A DNA stretch of 33,628 bases from Prasinococcaceae sp. CCMP 1430 (lineage: Eukaryota > Plantae > Prasinodermophyta), in assembly GCA_013416795.1 (NCBI GenBank), contig RQSC01000030.1, positions 51,637 through 85,264 of the forward strand, given 5' to 3'. Below, piece after piece: positions 8,352 to 17,983 of the stretch. Position 1 is the stretch's first letter; each line of letters begins with the position of its first letter. The position numbers were made by a program, and so were the translations under genes. Under the pieces are notes generated by a model. That model saw only the letters and a program-made list of their open reading frames with translations. It was not told the origin of the DNA and did not search any database.

Positions 8352-10871
8352 ATGTCGCCCGCCGCCGACGGCGGGGCGAGCGTGCCCTTGGCGGGCAAGG
8401 CGCTCGCGGCGGGCAGCGCGGCGGTCGTGAGCGCCGTGCTCATGAACCCGTTCCAGCTGGTGTCGACGCGCATGCAGGCGGCCGGAGCAGGGGCGTACCG
8501 CGGCGTGGCGGCGTGCGGATGCGGCGCCGGCGGCGCCGGCGGCGCGCGCGCGCTCCTCCGGGACCTGCTGCGCGACTGCGATGGAGCCGCGGGGGGCAGA
8601 GCGATGGGCGACCAGGCCAGGCTCGCGGCGCTCGCCGAGTCGACCGCGGAGAGCTGGGACAAAGAGAGCTTCGACCACGCGCTGGAAGAGCTCGCCGAGC
8701 GCGCGCCCGACGCCGAGCAGGCCCTGCGGCTGCTCGACCCGCTGGGGCGCCTGGCTGAGCTGGGCGACGCGGAGGTGCTCGCGTGCGCCAAGGAGCTGCT
8801 GGCGGTGCCTCGGGCGTGCGGCACGGCCGCCGTGCGCGCAGCCGCGGCGCGCTCGCACCGGAGCGTCTACTGGACGCGGCGCGAGGCCGCGCGTGTCGCT
8901 GCGGCGCTGCCCGAGTGGCAGCGCGCCGTGTTCGAGAGCGTCGCGATAGCGAGCCCCGACGACATCGGTGACATCCTCGCTGAGGGGATCGCCGACGCCG
9001 CCGTCGCGCGCGTCGTGCGCCGCGCGGCGCACCGCCGCGGTACGTCGCAGCGCTACGTCGAAAGGGTGCTCGAGGACGAGGGCGTGCGAGACTTCAGCGC
9101 CGCGCAGCTGCGCGTGCTGCAGGGCGCGCTGCCGCCACTCGAGCGCGCCGTGCTCGAGAGGCACGTCGGCGGAAGCCACGCGCACGCGCGAGAAAGCGCG
9201 ACCGACGGCGGCGAGGAGCCGCACGCGATTCGTGACCCGGAGCTCGCCGAGATTACGCGGGCCATCGGCGAGGGTGCTGTCGCGGCCACACCCGCAGAGG
9301 CCGCCGACCTCTGTCGAGTGCGCGCGCCGCGCTTCTGGAGTTCGCCCCCCGAGCCGCCCATGCATTCGCGCACAAATGAGGCGAGCCCCGAGGAGACGCG
9401 CAAGGAGACGCGCCTGGACGAGCTGCTGCGTTGCCTGGGAGACACGCCCGCCTCTCTAGCCATACGGCAGGCCGACGTCGATGGGCGTTTGGCGGCCTTG
9501 GCAGACGACCGAGTTCGCGAGCTCGTCGCGCGGCTTCTCTCTCTCGGCCGGAGCGAGGGAAATGTGGCGGACAAGGTGCTCGCCGTGGATGTGCTCAACG
9601 AGGCGTTCGAGTGGGATGCAAAGGGGCTCGACGCGGCGGCAGCATGCTTGCCTGCGGCAGACGCTCTGCTGCTGCGCGCGCATGCGAACACGCCCGACGC
9701 CGAGGCGAGGCGGCTGGCGGCGCTCGGTGCGATGGTGGCGGAGCGCGTGCGCGCGTTTGAGGCCGGGCCGCGGCACAACCCGCTCGCACAGCGTGCGCGG
9801 GGGCGTGGAAGTCCGGCGGCGTCCAGCGCCTCCAGAGCGAAATCGAGCACGCCCGAGTACGAGGACATGATCGCCGAGGAGCTACGCGCACTGCTCGGGT
9901 CCGAGGAATGGACGCCTGCGCGCGCGGGCAAACTGATGGCGATGCTGCCCGCGGGGCGTTGCATGCGCCTGGTGGCCGAGCTCGATCTTGGCGGCCCCAC
10001 GGCTGCCATTGCCAATCGCGAGCTGCGCGCGCTCGCCCAAGCCGTGCGCGCGTGCGTGGAGGACGCGCGCGCGAGCAGCGTGGGCGGTCGGGTGAGCGGG
10101 GCGCATGTTGGGCGGCGCATAAAGCAGGAGCTCTGGCGCTCGTCGGCGGAGATCACGTCCGACAGCCTGCTGGAGCTCCTGTCGAGCGTCCCCGGTACGG
10201 CGGCGGTGAGCTTGCTGTCGCTTTGCCGCGCCCTGGTCGGGCCAGCCCACTACGAGGTCACCGTTGGCGCGGTCCTCGCCGAAGGTGAACTGGAGGTTGC
10301 GTGCACGTTGCTGGACGACTCGGCGCGCGCGGGGCTGCCGCTCACCCGAGGCGCGTGCGAGGGCGTGCTGCTGGGCTGCGCGGCGCTGCTCGAAGACGAC
10401 GGAATGAGCAGCAGTGGCGCCGAGCGTCTCATAGGTTCGGCCTCGACGTGGAATCGGGTGGACGGCCTGCTCGAGCAGGCCGCCCGGCAGGGCATCACGC
10501 CGGGCACGAGGGTGTTCAACGCACTCATCAGCGCCGCGTGCGCGGGCGGCGACACGGGGCGCGCCACGGGCCTTCTCAAGGCCATGCGCGCGTCGGGCGT
10601 GCAAGCCGACGGCGGCACGTATGCGCCACTGGTGGGCCACCTGGTGGCCTCCGGCGCGCTGCGGCGCGCGGCGAGACTGATCGACGCGCTGCGGGCGCGC
10701 GCGGGTCCGAGCGCTCTGGCGGGCGCCTACGCAGCGGCGGTGGCGGCCGCGCCTGAGGCTGAGGTCGCCGCCTTCTTCGAGGAGGCCGCGCGCGCGGACG
10801 ACTTGGACGCCGCCGCGCTCCTTGAGAAGGCCGCGCGCGCGGAGGATCACGCCGTATCCGCCGATGTGTAA
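8352..10871 (+). CDS. 839-aa helical-repeat protein with C-terminal PPR motifs and an N-terminal degenerate mitochondrial-carrier-like repeat
   Basis: Long ATG-TAA ORF; PPR motifs RVFNALISAACAGGDTGRATGLLKAMRASGVQAD and GTYAPLVGHLVASGALRRAARLIDAL (about 10508-10720) plus degenerate ones upstream; N-terminal NPFQLVSTRMQ..YRGVAAC..GARALLR. Confidence 0.8.
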   Translation: MSPAADGGASVPLAGKALAAGSAAVVSAVLMNPFQLVSTRMQAAGAGAYRGVAACGCGAGGAGGARALLRDLLRDCDGAAGGRAMGDQARLAALAESTAESWDKESFDHALEELAERAPDAEQALRLLDPLGRLAELGDAEVLACAKELLAVPRACGTAAVRAAAARSHRSVYWTRREAARVAAALPEWQRAVFESVAIASPDDIGDILAEGIADAAVARVVRRAAHRRGTSQRYVERVLEDEGVRDFSAAQLRVLQGALPPLERAVLERHVGGSHAHARESATDGGEEPHAIRDPELAEITRAIGEGAVAATPAEAADLCRVRAPRFWSSPPEPPMHSRTNEASPEETRKETRLDELLRCLGDTPASLAIRQADVDGRLAALADDRVRELVARLLSLGRSEGNVADKVLAVDVLNEAFEWDAKGLDAAAACLPAADALLLRAHANTPDAEARRLAALGAMVAERVRAFEAGPRHNPLAQRARGRGSPAASSASRAKSSTPEYEDMIAEELRALLGSEEWTPARAGKLMAMLPAGRCMRLVAELDLGGPTAAIANRELRALAQAVRACVEDARASSVGGRVSGAHVGRRIKQELWRSSAEITSDSLLELLSSVPGTAAVSLLSLCRALVGPAHYEVTVGAVLAEGELEVACTLLDDSARAGLPLTRGACEGVLLGCAALLEDDGMSSSGAERLIGSASTWNRVDGLLEQAARQGITPGTRVFNALISAACAGGDTGRATGLLKAMRASGVQADGGTYAPLVGHLVASGALRRAARLIDALRARAGPSALAGAYAAAVAAAPEAEVAAFFEEAARADDLDAAALLEKAARAEDHAVSADV

Positions 10872-11106
10872 ACGATGTATCTGTACCTGTACTGTCACGA
10901 ATCGCACCCCATTCGTGCGCACGATCAGCGAGACAGCGCTCGGCAGTTGCGCGGTCGCGCGGCCAGCCGCATGCCCACTCCCCCTCGGCATCCTCAGCGC
11001 CCGCTTCGGTCACCTCCACCGCGGCCTCTTCTTCCCCCTCCGTCCCTTCCTCCTTTGCCAGCTCCCCCTCGTCCTTGTCCAGTGCCTCAGATTCCCCCTC
11101 CGCCCC

Positions 11107-11320
11107 GCGCGCCTCCCTCCCCCGCCTCGGTCGGATCCCTCCTCCGCCGTCGTGCGCCTCCCCCTCCGCCTCCTCCGCCTCGTGCGCCTCCCTCCTCCGC
11201 CTCGCCGTCGTGCGCCTCCCTCCTCCTCCTCCGCCCCGTGCGCCTCCCTCCCCCGCCTCGGATCCCTCCTCCGCCTCGCCGTCGTGCGCCTCCCTCCCCC
11301 GCCTCGCCGTCGTACGCCTC
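11107..11320. repeat. Degenerate C-rich minisatellite, about 7 units of about 25-30 bp (cgtgcgcctccctcc(c/t)ccgcctcg[ccgt])
   Basis: Recurrent cgtgcgcctccctcc core; unit lengths are not multiples of 3. Confidence 0.85.
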
Positions 11321-11484
11321 CTGCTGCTGGCGGATGGGCTCGCTCGGAGTCCGCCAGACCCTGAACCCCAACCCCAACCCCGGCCGCGGGCGCGCGGGCG
11401 CCGCGCGCGCGAGATTTTTTCGAACGCGCGCCTTCGAAAATCACACGCAAAAAAATACGTAGGGGCGGTTCGCTACCCACCCCC

Positions 11485-11800
11485 GTGGCGTGGTGTAATC
11501 TAAATGATATCAAAAACGTCGGAAGTATCCCATTTGGGATCCGCATCTTTGTCGCCATCAAAATCAAAGGCCGTCAACAGAGTCCAGTTGGCATCAACGG
11601 ACAACCGACATCCAACAGCCCGGAAACACACCACCAAAAGGGTAGTGTGCAGTGCCCACGGGATATCTATCACCATGCTTAATTTCCATGCGCCTCCAGC
11701 GCCGAAGAGATTTGGTAAGGGTTCGTGTTTAGGTATAGATCGCACATCATGTCTCACTTTGATGAGTGAAGAGGGTCTATGTACTGTATCATTCCGCATG
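11485..11800. other. Low-GC intergenic island of unknown origin
   Basis: Hand count 119 G+C in 240 nt (about 50%) for 11521-11760, well below the flanking genes; only short ORFs without host codon bias. Confidence 0.6.
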
Positions 11801-12140
11801 CAGGGCGGACACGCCCGCGGCGCAAATATCTTGCGCTGACTGTACCAGGCGCGTGTACCGCGCGCGCCCGCGCGGCGCGCGCGAGCTGCGAGGGCCCAGG
11901 AGCGGGGGAGGGGGCTTCACACCGCGCACGCCGCGCGCCGCGCGCGACCGACCGCGCCGCGCGCGCGCGCGCGTGGCGCCGCGGCGGCCGGTGAAACCGT
12001 TTACGGAAAGCGAATTCAAATCCGCTGTTTTGATGCAAGAATACCTACGGGAAAACAATTTCAGTAAGCGCTGAATCCGCGTTGCGGAGCTGGTTGGGTG
12101 CACGCGTACGACGACGTCACTCTCACTCGGCGTGGCATGT

Positions 12141-12236
12141 GCGCGGGAAAATTTGGACGGGATTTAGATCCGTCGAATGTGAGTATATGCATTGGGCTAG
12201 TTGGATTTTGGGAGAGAAGTTCCGTGTTTTGGCGCG
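12141..12236. promoter_or_regulatory. Pair of E2F-consensus sites upstream of the PHD-GNAT gene (GCGCGGGAAAA 12141-12151; TTTTGGCGCG 12227-12236)
   Basis: Both match TTTSSCGC, one on each strand, 300-390 bp before ATG 12532. Confidence 0.45.
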
Positions 12237-12531
12237 CGGCGCTGCCTCGCTCCCTCGCTGCCCCCCCCCTCCCTGCCACCGCTCCCCTCCTCCCCGCCCC
12301 CCTCGGACGTCCGAGCGACGCGCCTCGGGCCTGTCGCGTGTGTGCCCGGCGTGGACACGCCCGTGCCACTCCGCGCACGCGAGCGCCCTGGCTCGAACGC
12401 ACATCTACATATCACCGTGAGGGCCTACGCGCACGCGCGTGGCGGTATTAGCGCGGCGCTCATTGCATGCATTCACCTCGTGGGGTGAAGAAAGCGGCCT
12501 ACCGACGCGAGTGTGAGTACTACCCACCCAC

Positions 12532-15204
12532 ATGCCCACCCACAGTCTCGCAGGGNCGCAGCGACGAGGCGAGGCGCCGCCACAGCGGGAACGAACCCAA
12601 AATGCGACCACCAGCACGACGGCGCCGTCCGACGAGGAGGAGGCACGGTGCGCTTGCGTGCTGGGAGCGTGCACGCATCGCGGGGCCGGCGAGTCGCCCA
12701 AGCCGCGCGCGCCAAAGCCGTCGGTGTCGGATGGCGGGGCCGCGGTGGCGGCCGCCGCCGCCGCGGCGAGCTCCCCGTCGGCGTTCCCCGCGGGGAAACG
12801 TGGCATCCACAAGGCGAGCTGCTCGTGCGTGATTTGCCGGACGCGCGCGGAGAAGGCGAGGCGCGACGCCGCAGGCGAGGTGCGGCCGCCCGCGCTTCGA
12901 CGGCCGCGCGTGCGACAGCGCGGCGCGGGCGGCACCGCCTCGCCGCGGCGCTCGAAGGCGGACAGGGAGCGCAAGGAGCGCTCCGATGCTGTGTCTACTG
13001 CGGCCGCTGCGCTCGGCGTGTCGCCGTACGAAGACCCGCTGCAGGCGGTGGCTGCCGCAGAGCTCGCGTCCGCGCTTGCCGATACCCAGGCGCGCGCACA
13101 TACTGCAGAGGCAGCCGAGGCTGTCATTATGCGCCTGCAGGCGGTAGGCGCGCTCGACGGCGAGGTGGTGGAGTATCGGACGCCCGTGCCGCCGAGGGGC
13201 CTCGGCATGGGCGACGCTGCGGGGGCCGTGCGCGCGCGGCCGCTGCATCCGCCGCGCGGCACGCTCGAGGCGGGCGGCGGTGTGCGATGTCCGTGCGCGC
13301 GCTGTGCGACGCGCGCGGCTGCTGTCGCCGCCGGCGGCGGCGCCAGCGCGGGTGGAGGCAACGGCATCGGCGGAGGGATAGGCGGCGTGGTGTCGCTCGC
13401 GGAGATGGCCGCGCACTGCGGCGGCGGCCTTGGCGACAAGCGCCACTGCGTCGACTCGCTCTACCTGAGCGCCAGCGGCATCTCCCTCAGGCAGCACGTC
13501 GCCAACATGCGAGCGGTCGCGAGCAATGGCGGTGCGCATTCGCCGCAGGTGCCGCCCGGCGACGGCTCGGGTGGCTCGGGCGCCGCGGCCAGCGGCACGC
13601 CGCTGCGGCTGGCCACGCCGCGCCCGACAGCGCAAGGCAACAGCTCGAGGCGCGATCCCTTTGTCGAGAGCGTAGGCTCTGACATTGCGGAGAACGAGCA
13701 GCTGCGGTACGTGGACTGCACGAGCGGCCGCACGCTTCTCGAGGGCTGCCGGCGCGGCATCGGCATCCTGTGCGGTTGCTGCTCGCGCATCGTGACCCCG
13801 TCCACTTTCGAGGCACACGCGCACACCCGCGCGGGAGGCGCGCGTCTGCGCGCGGCGTATGACTGCATCATCTGCGAGGACGGGCGCTCGCTGCGCCAGG
13901 TGGTGGCGGACAGGGAGCGGCGGCTGGGGAAGAGTGGCACGGGGGCGGCGGCCGCCGCCTCCGCGGCAGCCGCGCGCGCGCGCGCGCCGGTGCGAGGCGC
14001 TCGCAGCGGCTCGCGGTCGCGCGGGCGACCTCGCAAGGATCGCCAGGCTGCCGGCAAGGTCAGCGATGGCAAGTCGCTCCCGGGGCTGGTCGAGCGCTGC
14101 CGGCGGCTGGCGGCCGACCTGGACATCGTGCAGGGCGGCTGCGTGCTGTGCCGCGCGTCCGACTTTGACCTGGACTCGTTCGGCCCGCGCACCATGATGG
14201 TGTGCGACCAGTGCGAGCGCGAGTTTCACGTGGGCTGCCTGTCGCGCTTCGGGCGCGCGGACCTCAAGGCGCTGCCCGAGGGCGAGTGGTTCTGCTCGGC
14301 GGACTGCGCGGCGATCAGCGCGTCGCTGCAGGCGCAGGTGGAGGCCGACGTCGGCACACAGAGCGTGCTGCCAGGCGACAGCCGCTGGGCGGAGCACACC
14401 TTCACCGTGCTGCGCGGGACCAGCGACGCGGGCGAGGCCGGCGCGCTCGCGCCCAACCCCGCGCGGGAGAAGATCCTTTCGGCGGCGCTCCGCATCATCA
14501 CGTCCTCGTTCGACCCCATCACCGATCTGAGCTCGGGCAAGGACCTCTTGCCGCTCATGGTGTACTCGCGCTCGCTGTCGGACCATGACTTCACGAACAT
14601 GATGTGCTTCGTGGTCAGCCACAGGGGCAAGCCGGTGTGCGCGGCGACTGTGCGCGTGTTCGGCCGGCGGCTCGCGGAGATGCCCCTGGTCGCCACCGAC
14701 GTGCGGGCCCGCCGCCAGGGCCACTGCCGCGCGCTGGTGCTGGCGGTCGAGCGAGTGCTTGCCGCCGCGGGCGTGGAAAAGCTCGGGCTCCCCGCGGCTC
14801 CCACGGCGGTCGGCACGTGGGTGCACGGCTTCGGCTTCAGCGAGATGTCGCTGGAGGAGCGCAAGTTCGCGCGCTCGGAGCTCCGCATGATGCACTTCCC
14901 GGGCTCGACGCTCCTCGCCAAGGACGTGCGCATGCCGCAGCCCGTCGCCGCCTCGCCCATGCCGAACAAAACCCTGCTCGGCGCCAGCGGCGGTGCGAGC
15001 GGGGCGCGGCCCGCGTCGGCACGCGCGCACGCGCACGCCGAGCCGCAGCCGGTCGACAGCGACTCGGACGGCCACTACTCCGACGCCGAGACCGATCCCG
15101 AGGGCGACAGCAGCGGAGGATCCCTCGTGGGGTGGGGGGACGACCCCTCCTTCCGCAGCGCCGACGCGCCGTCCGACACCGACGGAAGCGACGACGACTA
15201 CTGA
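12532..15204 (+). CDS. IDM1/ROS4-like plant-type chromatin protein: two Jas/Tify-binding-like Cys/His domains, PHD finger, GNAT acetyltransferase; start codon uncertain
   Basis: RCPCARC..SLAEMAAHCGG..SLYLSASGISL and ILCGCCSRIVTPSTFEAHA..IICEDGRSL; PHD CVLC..FGPRTMMVCDQCEREFHVGCL..LPEGEWFCSADC; GNAT SFDPITD..GKDLLPLMVY..VCAATVRVFGRRLAEMPLVAT..RRQGHCRAL..LPAAPTAVGTWVHGFGF. Confidence 0.9.
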   Translation: MPTHSLAGXQRRGEAPPQRERTQNATTSTTAPSDEEEARCACVLGACTHRGAGESPKPRAPKPSVSDGGAAVAAAAAAASSPSAFPAGKRGIHKASCSCVICRTRAEKARRDAAGEVRPPALRRPRVRQRGAGGTASPRRSKADRERKERSDAVSTAAAALGVSPYEDPLQAVAAAELASALADTQARAHTAEAAEAVIMRLQAVGALDGEVVEYRTPVPPRGLGMGDAAGAVRARPLHPPRGTLEAGGGVRCPCARCATRAAAVAAGGGASAGGGNGIGGGIGGVVSLAEMAAHCGGGLGDKRHCVDSLYLSASGISLRQHVANMRAVASNGGAHSPQVPPGDGSGGSGAAASGTPLRLATPRPTAQGNSSRRDPFVESVGSDIAENEQLRYVDCTSGRTLLEGCRRGIGILCGCCSRIVTPSTFEAHAHTRAGGARLRAAYDCIICEDGRSLRQVVADRERRLGKSGTGAAAAASAAAARARAPVRGARSGSRSRGRPRKDRQAAGKVSDGKSLPGLVERCRRLAADLDIVQGGCVLCRASDFDLDSFGPRTMMVCDQCEREFHVGCLSRFGRADLKALPEGEWFCSADCAAISASLQAQVEADVGTQSVLPGDSRWAEHTFTVLRGTSDAGEAGALAPNPAREKILSAALRIITSSFDPITDLSSGKDLLPLMVYSRSLSDHDFTNMMCFVVSHRGKPVCAATVRVFGRRLAEMPLVATDVRARRQGHCRALVLAVERVLAAAGVEKLGLPAAPTAVGTWVHGFGFSEMSLEERKFARSELRMMHFPGSTLLAKDVRMPQPVAASPMPNKTLLGASGGASGARPASARAHAHAEPQPVDSDSDGHYSDAETDPEGDSSGGSLVGWGDDPSFRSADAPSDTDGSDDDY

Positions 15205-15549
15205 GCGCGCGCCGCTCCCTCTGACCCCCCGACCCCGACCCCGGCCCCGCGCGCGCGGCGCGAGCGGCACGGCTGCGACGCGCCCGACGCTCTCGAGGTA
15301 ACGCTACAGTATGTATTTGTACGCTCGCGCGGCCGGCGGCGAGTACGCGCGCGAGGCGATCACCTTCCTCCGCCCGCGGAAGGGGCGCTCCTCGGCGTCT
15401 GCGTCGGCGGGGGGCGCGCAGCGCACCCTCCCCGAGAAGAAGCACCCCTTGTCCGCGCGCCACTGCCACGTGCGGCAGCCGGCGTCGCCGACCCGCCCCC
15501 GCCCCCGCCCCCGCCCCTCTCCTTGACCCGCGGGCGGGGCGCGGACGGC

Positions 15550-16746
15550 ATGGCGGGGCGGCCGCGGGTAGCAGTGGTGGGCGGGATGGGGCTAGACGTG
15601 ATGGCGACGCTTGGCGCCGGGGCGGCACCGCGCGGCAGCACGGCGCCTGGGCGTGTGCGCTTCGCCCATGGCGGCGTGGGGCGCAACATTGCCGAGGCAC
15701 TCGCGGCGCTGGGCTGCGACGCGGCGATGGTCGGTGCCGTCGGCCGCGACGACGCGGGGGGTGCGTTGCTAGCGGCGCTCGAGGCGCGCGGCGTGCGCAC
15801 CCGGGCGGTGCGCCGCGTCGAGGGCGCGCGCACACAGGTCGTCGCGTGCGTCTTCGGCGTGAACGGCGACCTCCATGTTGGTGTTGCGGACACAGCCATC
15901 ACTGAGGCGGGCGTGAGCGCGGAGTGGGTGAGGAGCACGGCATCGCACGCTCTTGAGGGCGCGGCATGGGTCGTGCTCGATGCAAACCTGGATGCAGACG
16001 CGCTACTCGCGGCGGCTGACGCCGCCGCCAGCACGGGGGCCAAGCTGTGGCTCGAACCGGTATCAGTAGCCAAAGCGGCGAGGGTGGTGCCGGCCCTGGG
16101 CGTCGCCGCGGCAGTGTCGCCGAATGCAGGTGCGCACCATCCAGCGCCTCCGCGAGCCCGCCATCCCTGCCGGCGCTCTGCAGCCGCGCGAGAGTAGGAC
16201 GTGCGCAAGCGCGTACCGCGCACTGCGACGAGCCTTTGCCGGCGGGCCGGTGGCGCCACGAGCGCGGGACGCTGACACCTGCTGCGCGTGTTGCTCCCCA
16301 CGCGCACATGCCGTCGTGCACTCGCCGTCACGCGCCGCGTCGCAGCTGAGCTCGCCGTGCTCACCGAGGCAGTCGGCGGTGCTGCGCAGGCCTCGGAGCT
16401 CCGAGACGCGCTCCTTCGGGCGGGTGGGGACCATCGGGCACCGGTCGCCGCCGTGGCTGCTGCGGCGAATGTGCTGCTGGGCGCCGGCGTGCAGGTGGTG
16501 CTCACCACGCTCGGTTCGCGCGGGGCCCTGCTCTCGTCCCGTGAGGCAGCGTCGTGCGAGGGCGGAGCACGTCGCGCGAGCGTGTCGCACGTGCATGTCG
16601 GCGTCGCGCCCGACGTGCGCGTGGCGAACGTGAGCGGCGCTGGCGACTGCCAAGTCGCCGCGATCATCGCATCACTCGCGGCGGGCGCGCCTCTTGGCGA
16701 GGCTGCACGGCGCGGCGCGGCCGCCGCCGGCATCGCCGCGCACTGA
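15550..16746 (+). CDS. PfkB-family sugar/nucleoside kinase, most like pseudouridine kinase (PsuK/PUKI); exons 15550-16129, 16346-16746
   Basis: [60 protein letters not shown], spliced SPNA|[17 protein letters not shown]; intron GTGCGC..GCTGAC..CAG 16130-16345. Confidence 0.88.
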
Positions 16747-16814
16747 CACACACTGGCACACACACACACACGTGCGCGCACGCCCACGCATACGCGCGCG
16801 TACACGCACACGCA

Positions 16815-16864
<50 letters not shown>

Positions 16865-17112
16865 CACACACACACACACACGCACACACACACACACACA
16901 CGCACAAGCACACGCACACGCACACACACACACACGCATACGCGCGCGCACACACACGCACACGCACACCCGCACGCGCACACGCACACACACACGCACG
17001 CACGCACGCACACACACACACACCATACACACCATCACACACACACACGCACACACACGCATACGCGCGCACACACACACGCACACGCACACGCGCGCGT
17101 ACACGCACACAC
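16747..17112. repeat. Long compound (CA)n/(CACG)n microsatellite directly after the PfkB stop
   Basis: About 365 bp of alternating purine-pyrimidine repeats. Confidence 0.95.
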
Positions 17113-17282
17113 GCTGCCAACATCCGCGCGCACGGCGCCTCGGCCCCGCGCCAAAATGAATGCTTTTTCACGTTGATTTTGATGGGACGCGCGGTTAGGG
17201 GTGATGCGACCTGCGAAAAGGGGCTTTCGTATGCCGTGCGCGCGGCATCGAGGTTTGGAGTTTTAGGGTAAGAGAAGGGATA

Positions 17283-17290
17283 TAGGGTTT
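17283..17290 (-). promoter_or_regulatory. Telo-box (AAACCCTA on minus strand) upstream of eIF1AD; others at 4163-4170 and 27730-27737
   Basis: Exact TAGGGTTT about 230 bp before ATG 17518; telo-boxes are established in plant translation-apparatus promoters. Confidence 0.35.
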
Positions 17291-17344
17291 AACTTTTTCG
17301 GTGTCTCTGTGCGTGCGTGTGCGGCGGCTGCCGGCTGCCGAGCG

Positions 17345-17378
17345 GCGCCAGCCGGAGTGCGTGTGCGTGTGCGTGTGC

Positions 17379-17445
<67 letters not shown>
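17345..17445. repeat. (TG)n microsatellite in the eIF1AD 5' region
   Basis: About 30 uninterrupted TG units plus a TGCG lead-in. Confidence 0.95.
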
Positions 17446-17517
17446 ACACGGCGCGCACGCTCAAGCACACAAACAAGGTCGCGCGCACGCGCGCGCGTTC
17501 GCGCGGCCGCTGCGGCG

Positions 17518-17922
17518 ATGAGCCGGCGCCGGCGGCACGTGGGCGCGGAGGCGCTTTCGCGCGAGTGCCCCGAGCTCGCTGAGTGCGAGGAGGTCGCGCG
17601 CGTGGTCGCCACGCGCGGCTCCAACCAGGTCGAGGTCGAGCTCGGCAGCGCGGCCGACGGCGACGCGGTGAGCGCGCGCACGCGCGCACACGCACGCGCA
17701 CGCACGCACGCGCACGCACGCCTGGCGACTTCCACGCTGCTGACTCCCGCGCCCGCGCGCGCGCAGCCCGCGCTGGTGCTCCTGCCCGCGCGGTTCCACA
17801 AGAAGCTGTGGATCAGGCGCGGCGGCTTCGTCGTGGTCGACTGCGGCGACGGCGGCGGCGGCGGCGAGGGAGGGGGGGGCGCGGGGGATGGCGAGGCGGG
17901 CGGCAAGGTGCGCAGCATCGTG

Positions 17923-17983
<61 letters not shown>

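Noticed and set aside
15360-17171. Cys/Val-rich and His/Thr-rich ORFs (CVCVCV, HTHTHT) resembling metallothioneins or His-rich proteins
   Set aside because: Translations of (TG)n/(CA)n microsatellites
17668-17766. Stop-free introns of 3n length (also 5494-5634 and 27169-27279) read through by the ORF track
   Set aside because: Expected by chance in GC-rich short introns; canonical signals and domain alignments support splicing
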